A stretch of 64,000 nt of DNA from Acidobacteriota bacterium (GTDB taxonomy: Bacteria; Acidobacteriota; Thermoanaerobaculia; Multivoradales; UBA5704): contig JBDTZG010000004.1 in NCBI GenBank assembly GCA_040005235.1, positions 96,001-160,000 of the forward strand, in the 5' to 3' direction. The translations under genes were made by a program, and so were the position numbers. Below the pieces are notes generated by a model. It was not told the origin of the DNA, ran no database searches, and was given only the letters and a program-made list of their open reading frames with translations. How positions within the stretch are numbered: the stretch's first letter is position 1; each line of letters starts with the position of its first letter. Of the stretch, positions 35,066-44,568 are shown one piece after another.

Positions 35066-37993
35066 TTGAACCGTTCATTTCCACGTTTTCGGGGCTGGGT
35101 GCTCGGCGGTGCTTGGACCGGAGTTCTGGCGATCTCGCTGCTCTCCAATCTTGCCGCAGCACCCGCGTCGGCGCAGACGGCAGGTTCGTTCGGCAAGAAC
35201 AAGATTGCCTATCGCAGGTTCGATTGGCACATCTACCACTCGCCGCACTTCAACCTCTACTACTACACCGCCGAGGAACCGCTGCTCGAAAAAGTCGCTT
35301 CGCTCGCCGAAAGCGCCTACGACCGGTTGTCCCGGGATTTCAACTTCCAGATCAAAGAGCCGGTGCCGTTGATCTTCTACGCCACCCATTCGGCGTTCGA
35401 GCAGAACAACGTCATCCAGAACTTCATCCCGGAAGGGATCGGCGCGTTCGCCTCCCCGGCCCGATTCCGGATGGTCCTGCCCGTGGACCTCGCAGATTCC
35501 GAGCTGATGGAGCTGATCCTCCACGAGCTGACCCACATCTTCCAGTACAAGATCCTGTTCCAGGGCCGCCTCGCCGAGGCCGCGACGACCTCGCCGCCGA
35601 CCTGGTTCATGGAAGGCATGGCGAGTTACATGGCGAAAGACGAGTCGTCGCGCGACAAGATGTTCCTGCGCGACGCGGTGGTCAACGACCAGATTCCCTC
35701 GGTCGGGGACGACTTCGGCGGCTTTTTCGCCTACCGCTTCGGCCATGCGGTGTTCGATTTCATTGAAGACCGCTGGGGCAAGGACGGCTTTCTCGACTTC
35801 GTCTACGAGGCGCGAAACGCCCTCGGCTCGCGCGTCGATCGCGCGGTCAAGCGGACGTTCAAGCTGGAGGTCGAGGACTTCGACGCCGAGTTCCGCCGCT
35901 GGCTGCGCAAGAAGTACCTGGCGCAGCTGATCGTGACCGGCGAGCCGGGCGACTTCGGCCGCCTGTTCCGGGTCGAAGGCAGCGGCGGTCGTTCGACCTA
36001 CGAGACCTCCCCTACGGCATCCCCCTCGGGCGATTTGGTCGCGGCGTTCAGCTCGTACCGCGGCGACGTCGACGTGGTCCTGTTCGATGCGCGGAAGCGC
36101 AAACTTCTGCGCAACTTGACCAAGGGCTATTCGAGTCAGTACCAGTACCCGGTGGCGCAGGAGCTGGAGCTCGGCCGGAAGACCGGCCGCGATCTTGCGT
36201 TCTCGCCCGACGGCAACACGATCGCGCTATTCGTCAAGCGCGAGAGCGGCCGTAGTCTCGCGATGCTCGACGTCTTGAAGGGCGGCATCCGCAAGATCAT
36301 CGACATGAAGGACATCGAGCAGCAGCTTGCACCCGCCTGGAGCCCGGACGGCAAGACGGTCGCTTTCTCCGGCTATCAGAACGGCCAGTTCGACATCTTC
36401 ACGATCGACCTCGATACGCTGGCGATCACCAACCTGACGGGCGACCCGGTGTTCGACGGCGCGCCGACCTATTCGCCCGACGGCAAATCGATCATCTTCG
36501 TCTCGGACGTCGGCGACAAGCAGAAGCTGTTCCGCATCGACCTCAGCAACCCGAAGGAGCGCTTCGCGGTCACCACGGGTGAATCGATCGAGAACGACCC
36601 GATCTACTCGCCGGACGGCAAGCGGGTCTATTTCACCTCCGACCGGGCGGGCGCCGAGAACATCTACAGCTTGGATCTCGCGACCGGCGCTCTGCTTCAG
36701 CACACCAACGTGGTCACCGGGGCCTCGATGCCTACGATCCTCAAAGGCGAGGCCGGCAAGGAAAACCTGGTCTACACCGGTTTCTGGAAAGGCACGTTCG
36801 ATCTCTACGTGTCGGAGCTGGAAGACAAGATCGGCGAGCCGGCCACCGAGCCGATCGCCGCCGCGCCGACCAGCGCCCAGGCGATTCCGCGCTTCGAGCC
36901 CGATATCCAGGTGGCGATCGACGACGCGAACAAGGAGAAATACGGCGGCCGCAAGTTCTTCCTCGAAGGGGCGCAGACCTACGTCGGCGTCGACGACAAC
37001 CAGACGGTCATCGGCCAGGTGCAGTTGAGCTTCTCGGATTACCTCGGCGACAAGCGCATCCAGGCGCTCTTCTCGTCGATCGAGAGCCTGTCGAACTTCG
37101 ATTTCATCTACGCCGACGTGTCGCACCGCTGGCAGTGGAATGTGAACTTGTTTGACACCCGGCTGTTCTACGCCAGCAACGAGGTGGTCAACGGAGCTTT
37201 CCGACGCGGCGACTCGGCTCTCGAGCTGACCGGCCTCACCGGATCGGTGGCCTACCCGTTCAGCTTCTACCGCCGGGCCGAGGTCGGGCTCGGCTACATC
37301 CAGCGGAAGATCAAGTTCAACTCGTTCATTGAAGATCCGCGAACCGGCCTGCCGGTCCAGGTGATCGGACAGGCCGATGACAACTACCCGATCCTTCAGG
37401 CGGCTTTGGTTTCCGACACGACGGCGTTCATCCAGTCGGGACCTCATTCGGGGCACCGGATCCGGCTGGATGGCAGCTACGCTCCCGATACGGGGGGGAG
37501 CGGCACACTGCTCTCCCAGGTAGATCTCGACGCCCGGAAGTACATCGCTTTCACCCAGCGCAGCGGCCTGGCGCTCCGCGCCTACGCGGCGGTGGCCGAT
37601 GGCAACAACCCAACGCCGCTCCGGATCGGCGGACTCGACACCGTGCGCGGCGTCGATTTCCTCTCCCTCCTGGGCGACCGGGCGTTCTTCACCAACATCG
37701 AGCTGCGCTTTCCGCTGATCGACGTGGTGGCGACCCCGTTCCTGGGTATTCGCGGGGTGCGCGGCGTCATTTTCTTGGACACCGGCGGCGCCTGGTTCAA
37801 GGATGTGCAGGGCTTCCGGTTCTACAACAAGGCCACCGGGAAGCTCCAAGACGGTGTCGCCGCTTACGGCTGGGGCGTCTCGGCCCGGATTCTCGGTGGC
37901 CTCGACTTCAACTGGGATTTCGCGAAGCCCTACAAGTCGGCTACCGACGACGGCGGCTTCCGGACCTCGTTCTGGATCGGGACTCGGTTCTGA
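35066..37993 (+). CDS. Omp85/BamA-TamA-family outer-membrane protein with N-terminal zincin peptidase and TolB-like PD40 propeller
   Basis: FGKNKI..., HELTH…WFMEGMASY, repeated (W/Y/F)SPDG units, GGLDTVRG and C-terminal FWIGTRF. TTG start follows GAGGAGG. Confidence 0.85.
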   Translation: MNRSFPRFRGWVLGGAWTGVLAISLLSNLAAAPASAQTAGSFGKNKIAYRRFDWHIYHSPHFNLYYYTAEEPLLEKVASLAESAYDRLSRDFNFQIKEPVPLIFYATHSAFEQNNVIQNFIPEGIGAFASPARFRMVLPVDLADSELMELILHELTHIFQYKILFQGRLAEAATTSPPTWFMEGMASYMAKDESSRDKMFLRDAVVNDQIPSVGDDFGGFFAYRFGHAVFDFIEDRWGKDGFLDFVYEARNALGSRVDRAVKRTFKLEVEDFDAEFRRWLRKKYLAQLIVTGEPGDFGRLFRVEGSGGRSTYETSPTASPSGDLVAAFSSYRGDVDVVLFDARKRKLLRNLTKGYSSQYQYPVAQELELGRKTGRDLAFSPDGNTIALFVKRESGRSLAMLDVLKGGIRKIIDMKDIEQQLAPAWSPDGKTVAFSGYQNGQFDIFTIDLDTLAITNLTGDPVFDGAPTYSPDGKSIIFVSDVGDKQKLFRIDLSNPKERFAVTTGESIENDPIYSPDGKRVYFTSDRAGAENIYSLDLATGALLQHTNVVTGASMPTILKGEAGKENLVYTGFWKGTFDLYVSELEDKIGEPATEPIAAAPTSAQAIPRFEPDIQVAIDDANKEKYGGRKFFLEGAQTYVGVDDNQTVIGQVQLSFSDYLGDKRIQALFSSIESLSNFDFIYADVSHRWQWNVNLFDTRLFYASNEVVNGAFRRGDSALELTGLTGSVAYPFSFYRRAEVGLGYIQRKIKFNSFIEDPRTGLPVQVIGQADDNYPILQAALVSDTTAFIQSGPHSGHRIRLDGSYAPDTGGSGTLLSQVDLDARKYIAFTQRSGLALRAYAAVADGNNPTPLRIGGLDTVRGVDFLSLLGDRAFFTNIELRFPLIDVVATPFLGIRGVRGVIFLDTGGAWFKDVQGFRFYNKATGKLQDGVAAYGWGVSARILGGLDFNWDFAKPYKSATDDGGFRTSFWIGTRF

Positions 37994-38021
37994 TCCTGGA
38001 GGTGGGTATTAAGTAGGGTTG

Positions 38022-38059
38022 GCGGAGGGAGGGGGAGCGATCTTCCTCCCTTCGCTTTT
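38022..38059 (+). terminator. Rho-independent terminator after the Omp85 gene
   Basis: GCGGAGGGAGGGGGA-GCGA-TCTTCCTCCCTTCGC stem (with G-U pairs) followed by TTTT. Confidence 0.6.
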
Positions 38060-38193
38060 CTGGGCTCGCGGGAAGCGCTTGCTCATTCGCCCGGCAATTC
38101 GCCGGCCCGGCTGGAACGGAACCTTTCGCCGCCGTCATCCTGAGCGAGAGCGAATGCCTTGACCTGACTAACTTCCTGGTTCACACTCGAAAC

Positions 38194-38328
38194 ATGACCA
38201 AGGCGCCGGTCGAGTTGCCCCGTCGGCCGGAGATCGGCTTCGCGAAGGGGACGTTCACCATCCCTGACGAGTTCTTCGAGTCGCTGCCGACGGAGCTCCT
38301 GGACGCTTTCGAAGGCCGGGCTGGATGA
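38194..38328 (+). pseudogene. Short VapB-like antitoxin, only the toxin-binding C-terminal part (44 aa)
   Basis: MTKAPVELPRRPEIGFAKGTFTIPDEFFESLPTELLDAFEGRAG; ATGA overlap with the PIN gene; not in the ORF track. Confidence 0.65.
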
Positions 38329-38522
38329 GATTGCTGCTCGATACCTGCACCTTTCTTTGGGCCGCCCTTGACGAAGAGTCCGCGCTCCAGGTCGCCCAGC
38401 TCCCGCCGCTCCACCGCGATCCGTTCGATCGAATCCTGGTTGCCCAGGCGATCGTCCACGGTTGCGTCCTTTTGACCCCCGATCCGGACATCCAGGCCTA
38501 CCCGGTCCGGGTGGCCTGGTAG
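38325..38522 (+). pseudogene. vapC: VapC/PIN toxin with a large in-frame internal deletion (65 aa)
   Basis: MRLLLDTCTFLW is joined directly to LDEESAL…HRDPFDRILVAQA…LLTPD; the central S..S.WEI..K segment is missing. Confidence 0.8.
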
Positions 38523-38534
38523 CAGAGGTAGCCC

Positions 38535-39602
38535 ATGTCCTCCGTGATCACCAACGTCGTCGAAATCGAATCGGTCCTACCTCACCCCAACGCCGACCGC
38601 CTGGCGCTCGCCCGGATCAAGGGTTGGCAGGCGGTGATTCGCAAGCACGAAGACGGAAGCCCTGAGTTCGCGCCCGGCGAGAAGGTGGTCTTCATCCCGC
38701 CCGATAGCACGTTACCGCGCGAGATGGCTGAGCGGCTGAACGTCGTGAGCTACCTTTCCGAGCGGACCGACGTCGAAGGGGCGCGGGTGCTCGTCGTCCG
38801 CCAGGTGCGTCTGCGCGGCGAGCCATCGTTCGGGTTGGTGGTTCGGCCCGAAGATCCGAGCTGGCCGGTGGGGACCGACGTGCGCGAGCACTATGGGATC
38901 GGCAAGTTCCGGCCGCCGGTCAAGTTCTCAGCCGGCGACTCAGAGTCGAACCATCCGCTGTTCCAGCGGTATACCGAGATCGAAAATCTGCGCAACTTTC
39001 CCGAGATCTTGGCCCCCGACGAAGAGGTTGTCGTGAGCGAAAAGATCCACGGCACCAATTCGCGTATCGGCTGGGTCGAAGGCAAAATGCTCGCCGGATC
39101 GCATGGTCTCCAAAGGAAGCGCCCGGAACCGGAAGATCTGCCGACCAATACCTATTGGTTCCCCTCGACGCTCGAAACGGTGCGCAACCTGCTCGACGAC
39201 CTCAAGAATCAGGGACACGACGTCGTCATTCTCTACGGCGAGATCTACGGCAGCCGCGTCCAAACCCTCCACTACGGCCGCCGCGATGGCCTCGGCTTCG
39301 CCGCCTTCGACCTCCTGGTGGGGGAGCACTACCTCGACTACGACGACTTCGCCACCCTCTGCGAACGGCATGGCGTGCCTACCGTTCCGATTCTCTGGCG
39401 AGGACCGTTCTCGCTCGCAAAAATCGCTGAGCTTTCCCGTGGCCAGACCAGCCTAGCCGACCAGCACATTCGTGAAGGGGTGGTCGTCAAGCCGACGAAG
39501 GAGCGCTACGACCCGGAAGTCGGGCGGGTGGTGCTCAAATACCTGAGCGACGACTACCTGCTGAACGACAAGATCCGGGCGGGGGATGCTACGGATCTTT
39601 AG
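38535..39602 (+). CDS. ATP-dependent RNA ligase, DRB0094/Rnl5-like
   Basis: N-terminal HPNADRL OB module, YTEIENL, EKIHGTN (motif I), LYGEIYG, FAAFDL, REGVVVK and LKYLSDDYL. Confidence 0.9.
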   Translation: MSSVITNVVEIESVLPHPNADRLALARIKGWQAVIRKHEDGSPEFAPGEKVVFIPPDSTLPREMAERLNVVSYLSERTDVEGARVLVVRQVRLRGEPSFGLVVRPEDPSWPVGTDVREHYGIGKFRPPVKFSAGDSESNHPLFQRYTEIENLRNFPEILAPDEEVVVSEKIHGTNSRIGWVEGKMLAGSHGLQRKRPEPEDLPTNTYWFPSTLETVRNLLDDLKNQGHDVVILYGEIYGSRVQTLHYGRRDGLGFAAFDLLVGEHYLDYDDFATLCERHGVPTVPILWRGPFSLAKIAELSRGQTSLADQHIREGVVVKPTKERYDPEVGRVVLKYLSDDYLLNDKIRAGDATDL

Positions 39603-39659
39603 GCAAGTCGAGTGAAGCCCTGTTCCTCGGTGATCGCCCTTCTTCAAACCCAAGCGGAA

Positions 39660-42317
39660 ATGCGACTTTCACCGATTGCGCTTGCCGTCGTTCTCCTCGC
39701 CACCTACCTGACGCGGCCGTCCCCGGCGGAAATTCGCATCCACCGCAATCTCACGGTCGCCGCCGGGCTGGCTCAATCGCAGGTGCTCTCCCTTGCCGAG
39801 GATCGCGACGGCGCGCTCTGGATTGGGACCAACGACGGGGCGAGCCGGTGGGATGGCGCGTCGTTCCTTACGCTTCAGAGCCGGGACGGGATGCCGGCCG
39901 GACCGGTGTATTCGATTGATCCGCGTCCGGATGGGACGGTTTTCTTCGCCACCGCGAACGGCCTCGCTGGGTATCGAAGCGGCCGGATCGTGCGCGCTCA
40001 GGCGGCGAGCGGTTTGGCCGTTTCGCCGGTCTTCAAAGAACCGGCGCCCGGGCTTGAGGGGAGCCGGATCTCGCGCACTGCCGAGGCTCCGGACGGCGCG
40101 ACTCTGTTCGCGACCGACAGGGGGCTTGCCCGGTCGATCGGCGGAAAGCTCTCTTGGCTCACGAGCGAGGCGACGACCTCGGTGGCCGTGGCGGCGGATG
40201 GGGCGATCTTCGCGGGGACTCCTTCCAGCGGCGCCCTCGTCTGGGCGTCGCCGGACGGACCGCCGGAACGGATCGGAACAGAGCACGGCCTCGCGTCTAA
40301 TCGAGTGTCTGCGGTGCTTGCCTCGTCCTCGGGCGCGGTGGTGTTCGGTACTGACGACGGGGCAAGCCTCTGGGATCGCGGAAGGGTAGCGACTTGGACC
40401 GTGGCGGGCGGTCTGCCGGAGAGATCGATCTGGACCTTTGCGGAGGATGACCGGGGCGGGTTCTGGATCGGCGGAGACGGTGGCCTTGCGCGACGGGAAG
40501 GGGGCAGGTTTCGCGTCGTCTCAGGGCTTCCCCGGGTGCCGATTCGCTCGCTCGCGCCGGGGTCGCCGGGTCGCCTTTTCGCAGGGACTCAAGGGGGCGG
40601 CCTTTGGGAGATCGAGATCGGCGAGGGGCGAGAACGCGTTCTCCGGATGTGGACCGAACGGGACGGCCTGCCTGATTCTTTCGTTCGGACTCTCACCCGG
40701 GACGCAGACGGCGCGATCTGGATCGGTACGCCTCGGGGGCTCGCAGTCCTTCGCGATGGGGGACTCGAGCCAGGGCCCACGCCGCTCGACCGAGCGGATG
40801 TCTATGCGCTCTCCTGGGATGCCGCGAGCAGGCTTCGGGTGGCCACCGCCGACGGCGTTTTCGGCCTCGAAGGAGATCGGGTTCGGAGTCTGGGAGGCAT
40901 GCCGGCCCGACCGGGTCTCGCTTTCCTTTCTTTCGGTCGCACTGTTTGGATCGGCACCTCCGGCGGGATCGGCCGCATTGGCGGCGATCGAATTGAGCGG
41001 ATCAACGTTGCGGGCGGGCTGGGCAACGAGACGATCAATTGCCTGGCGGCCGACCGAGAGGGGCGCCTGTTCGCGAGCACCAATCGGGGTGTCGAAGTGC
41101 TTCGCCCTGCGGGGGATGGGCTCGCCGCGGCGGACCGGCTTTCTTCGGCGGACGGATTGGCGAGCGAGGAGGGCAACCTGGGTGCGTGTTTCCGAGACGC
41201 TCGCGGACGACTCTGGTTCGGATCGATCGGCGGCGCCGCCGAGGTCGATCCGGCGCGGATCGTTTCCCGTCCGGCACCGCACATTGCCTGGACCGGCGCG
41301 AACCTGGGCGGCGTGCCGATGGCTCTGCCTCCACCCGGAACGGCGCTACATCTCGCCCCAGGGGCCGGCTCGCTCGCCCTGTCGTGGATCGGCGTCGACA
41401 TCGCGACCCCGGAGGCCGTGATCTACCAGACGCGGTTCGCGGGGCTCGATACGGCCTGGACCCAGACCGACCGACGCACGCTACAGCTCGCGAGCCCGGC
41501 GCCCGGAAGCTACCGATTCGAAGTCCGCGCCGCGCGGCGGGGCGGAGACTGGAGCCCGACCCTGGCGCTCGACCTCGTGGCCGAGGCTCCGCTTTGGCGC
41601 CGCGGTTGGTTTCGCGGGGCGGTGGCGCTCGGACTGCTCGCCTTGGTTGGAACCCTCGCCGCCTGGCGAGTTCGGCAGTTGCTGGCGATCGAGCGTCTGC
41701 GGACCGAGATCGCGGCCGACCTGCACGACCACGTAGGAGCTGGGCTCACCGAGATTGCGATCCTCGCCGAGATCGCGGGCCGGCGCGCGGCGCAGCGGAG
41801 CGAGTCGGAGGTAGCGGACCCTTCAAACGCCGCGCCGGAAATCGCCCGAGCGGCCGAGACGGCGCGCGGCTTGATCGATCGGATGGACGACATCGTCTGG
41901 CTGGTCAATCCGCGACGCGACTCGCTGCACGAGCTTTTCGTTCGGCTCAAAGACTCCTACTCCGAGCTGTTTTCGGCCAAGGGCGTAATTTTCCGCGCCA
42001 CCAACCTCCGCTTGTTCGAAGGCGTCCGCCTGCCCATGGCGCAGCGAGAAAATCTCCTTTCGATTTTTCGCGAGGCTCTTACCAACGCGCTCCGGCACAG
42101 CGACTGCCGCGAGATTGCGCTCGATGTTTCGCTTCGTCGGCGAATGCTCGAAGTGACTCTTTGCGACGACGGCGCGGGATTCGATCCCGACCCCGTCAAT
42201 GAGGGAGACGGCTTGTCCAACATGAAGGCGCGAGCGGCCAAGATCGGCGGCAAGCTCACGATCGAGTCGGTGCCGGGGGGCGGCACGAAGGTGCGCTTCC
42301 GGGGCCCGATCGGCTAA
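39660..42317 (+). CDS. Sensor histidine kinase with periplasmic beta-propeller/Y_Y_Y domains, HisKA_3 type
   Basis: Repeated EDxxGxLWIGT..G units, a TM helix, IAADLHDHVG, EALTNALRHS, DDGAGFD and GLSNMKARA. Confidence 0.92.
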   Translation: MRLSPIALAVVLLATYLTRPSPAEIRIHRNLTVAAGLAQSQVLSLAEDRDGALWIGTNDGASRWDGASFLTLQSRDGMPAGPVYSIDPRPDGTVFFATANGLAGYRSGRIVRAQAASGLAVSPVFKEPAPGLEGSRISRTAEAPDGATLFATDRGLARSIGGKLSWLTSEATTSVAVAADGAIFAGTPSSGALVWASPDGPPERIGTEHGLASNRVSAVLASSSGAVVFGTDDGASLWDRGRVATWTVAGGLPERSIWTFAEDDRGGFWIGGDGGLARREGGRFRVVSGLPRVPIRSLAPGSPGRLFAGTQGGGLWEIEIGEGRERVLRMWTERDGLPDSFVRTLTRDADGAIWIGTPRGLAVLRDGGLEPGPTPLDRADVYALSWDAASRLRVATADGVFGLEGDRVRSLGGMPARPGLAFLSFGRTVWIGTSGGIGRIGGDRIERINVAGGLGNETINCLAADREGRLFASTNRGVEVLRPAGDGLAAADRLSSADGLASEEGNLGACFRDARGRLWFGSIGGAAEVDPARIVSRPAPHIAWTGANLGGVPMALPPPGTALHLAPGAGSLALSWIGVDIATPEAVIYQTRFAGLDTAWTQTDRRTLQLASPAPGSYRFEVRAARRGGDWSPTLALDLVAEAPLWRRGWFRGAVALGLLALVGTLAAWRVRQLLAIERLRTEIAADLHDHVGAGLTEIAILAEIAGRRAAQRSESEVADPSNAAPEIARAAETARGLIDRMDDIVWLVNPRRDSLHELFVRLKDSYSELFSAKGVIFRATNLRLFEGVRLPMAQRENLLSIFREALTNALRHSDCREIALDVSLRRRMLEVTLCDDGAGFDPDPVNEGDGLSNMKARAAKIGGKLTIESVPGGGTKVRFRGPIG

Positions 42318-42326
42318 CCTAACGCA

Positions 42327-43013
42327 ATGGTCGACGTCGTTCTGGTCGAAGACAACGCCACGATTCGGCAGGGCCTCGCGGCGCTGGTCGACGGTACGCC
42401 AGGCTTTCGTTGCTCCGGCGCCTTCGGCGACTGCGAGAGCCTGTTCGCCCACCCCGAAGCTCTCGGATGCGACGTTCTTCTGCTCGATCTTGGGCTTCCC
42501 GGTATGTCCGGCGTCGAGGGGATACGGCACGCCAGGGCGCTCCGTCCGGAGCTGAACGTTCTCGTTCTCACGATCTATGAGCAGAACGAGCTGGTGTTCG
42601 AAGCGCTGTGCGCCGGAGCCTGCGGCTACTTGGTCAAAAAGACCCCGCCCGCCAGACTGCTTGAAGCGATCGGCGAAGCTGCGGCGGGAGGATCGCCGAT
42701 GACCTCGCACGTCGCGCGAATGGTGGTCGAGGTACTCCAGCGCGGCGGCGCGGGCTCGCAGCGGCCCCAAAGCATGGTGCCGGTCGAGGCGGCTTTCTCG
42801 CCTCCGGCGGCGGATGGCGAAGCGCTCCTCACCGCCCGCGAACGCGAAATCCTCCACGGGCTTGCGGGAGGCGCGAGCTACCAAGGCCTTGGTGTCGCGC
42901 TCCACATCGCGCCCGACACGGTCCGATTCCACATCCGCAACATCTACAGAAAGCTCCACGTCCACACCCAGGGCGAAGCGGTGGCGAAGGCGCTTCGGCG
43001 GGGTTTGATCTAG
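42327..43013 (+). CDS. NarL/LuxR-family response regulator
   Basis: Receiver (VED, LLDLGLPGMSG, GYLVK) plus LTAREREIL…TVRFHIRNIYRKL HTH. Confidence 0.94.
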   Translation: MVDVVLVEDNATIRQGLAALVDGTPGFRCSGAFGDCESLFAHPEALGCDVLLLDLGLPGMSGVEGIRHARALRPELNVLVLTIYEQNELVFEALCAGACGYLVKKTPPARLLEAIGEAAAGGSPMTSHVARMVVEVLQRGGAGSQRPQSMVPVEAAFSPPAADGEALLTAREREILHGLAGGASYQGLGVALHIAPDTVRFHIRNIYRKLHVHTQGEAVAKALRRGLI

Positions 43014-43161
43014 TTACCCGCACGATCATGCGGGTCCGCCTCGCCTCGGATCCTCCAGCTGGGCAAAAACCCTCGATCCATGCGGCTATTTCGCACGGCG
43101 ACGCGGCCCGACAATGGCTGCGGGCGGCGGAGCATTACGCCGGCCCGCGGAGGAACCGCCC

Positions 43162-44568
43162 ATGCCGGCCGAGATCACTACCCTCGAAACGATCGTTCCG
43201 CCCCGGGTCCAGTCCCACGCGGCAACGGAGGCCCGTGAGCGCCACCCGGTGGGCCTCGCCGTCCTGTTCGCGACCGAGATGTGGGAACGTTTTTCCTACT
43301 ACTCGATGCTCGCGATGTTTACCCTTTACCTTCAGGATCCGGTGCAGGGCTTCGGCTGGGCGCGGGACCGCGCGACGCGGGCTTATGCGCTCTACCTCGC
43401 CTGCGTTTATTTAAGCCCATTGGTTGGCGGTTTCCTCGCCGACCGCAAGCTTGGCTACCGGCGGGCGGTGGCGCTCGGCGGGGTCTTCTTCCTCGCCGGC
43501 CATCTCCTTCTCGCGGTCCATTCGGCGACGGTGATGATCGTGGCTCTCGCCTGTCTCGTGATCGGCAACGGCTTCTTCAAGCCGAACGTCTCGGCGATGG
43601 TCGGCCGGCTCTATCCAGAGGGGAGTGCGATCAAGGACCGCGCATACAACATTTTTTACATGGGGATCAACGTCGGGGCGTTCGTGGCGCCGCTGGTCGC
43701 AGAGGTCGTGCGCAGCCGCTTCGGATACCACGTGGCGTTCGCCGTCGCGGGAGGCGGCATGGCGATCTCGGTGGCGACGCTCACGATCTTCCGCCGTCAC
43801 CTCGCGGCGACCGAGCGCGGCGGCGTTGCCTCGGCTCGGACCGAAAAGCCGGGGCGAATTCCCGCGCCGATCGAGCTCATTCCTGAGCGGCGCCGGGTGC
43901 TCGCGCTGCTCGCGGTCTTCGCGATCGTCATCGTGTTCTGGATGGCCTACAACCAGAACGGTGCGACGTGGACCTACTTCGCCAACGACAACACCGATTG
44001 GACCGCTTCCTCCGTCGTGCCGGTCCTGCTCAAGGTGCTCACCCTCGGAATGCTCGACGCCTCGAACGCCTCGGGCGTCGTGTCGAACGCGATCAATCCG
44101 TTCTTCGTCATCGTCCTCACTTTCCCGCTCCTCGCCTTCTGGAGCTTTCTTGCCCGTCGCGGCAAAGAGCCCGGCACGCCGGCCAAGATGGCGATCGGCA
44201 TGCTGCTCGTGGCGCTGGCGTTCGTCGTCATGGGCCGTGCCGGTCTGGCGGGAGGCAATGTCGGCCGGGTCTCTCCTTGGTGGCTGATCGGAGCCTACGC
44301 CCTGCTTTCGACCGGCGAGCTTATGCTCTCACCCATGGGCCTCGCCCTGGTCGCCAAAGTCGCCCCCGAGCGGGCAAGAGGCTTCCTGATGGGCGCCTGG
44401 TTCGTGTCGATTTCGATGGGCGGCTACCTGGTTGGCGTGATCGGCACGTACTGGAGCGTCTGGGCCCACTCGACCTTCTTCTTCGTCGTCGCCGGCCTGG
44501 CCGCGGCGCTGGGGGTGCTCCTATTTGCCCTGATCAGACCCTTGGGACGGGCTATGCCGGGGGTTTGA
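43162..44568 (+). CDS. Proton-dependent oligopeptide transporter (POT/PTR, MFS)
   Basis: EMWERFSYY, GNGFFKPN, FYMGINVG and GELMLSPMG motifs. Confidence 0.93.
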   Translation: MPAEITTLETIVPPRVQSHAATEARERHPVGLAVLFATEMWERFSYYSMLAMFTLYLQDPVQGFGWARDRATRAYALYLACVYLSPLVGGFLADRKLGYRRAVALGGVFFLAGHLLLAVHSATVMIVALACLVIGNGFFKPNVSAMVGRLYPEGSAIKDRAYNIFYMGINVGAFVAPLVAEVVRSRFGYHVAFAVAGGGMAISVATLTIFRRHLAATERGGVASARTEKPGRIPAPIELIPERRRVLALLAVFAIVIVFWMAYNQNGATWTYFANDNTDWTASSVVPVLLKVLTLGMLDASNASGVVSNAINPFFVIVLTFPLLAFWSFLARRGKEPGTPAKMAIGMLLVALAFVVMGRAGLAGGNVGRVSPWWLIGAYALLSTGELMLSPMGLALVAKVAPERARGFLMGAWFVSISMGGYLVGVIGTYWSVWAHSTFFFVVAGLAAALGVLLFALIRPLGRAMPGV

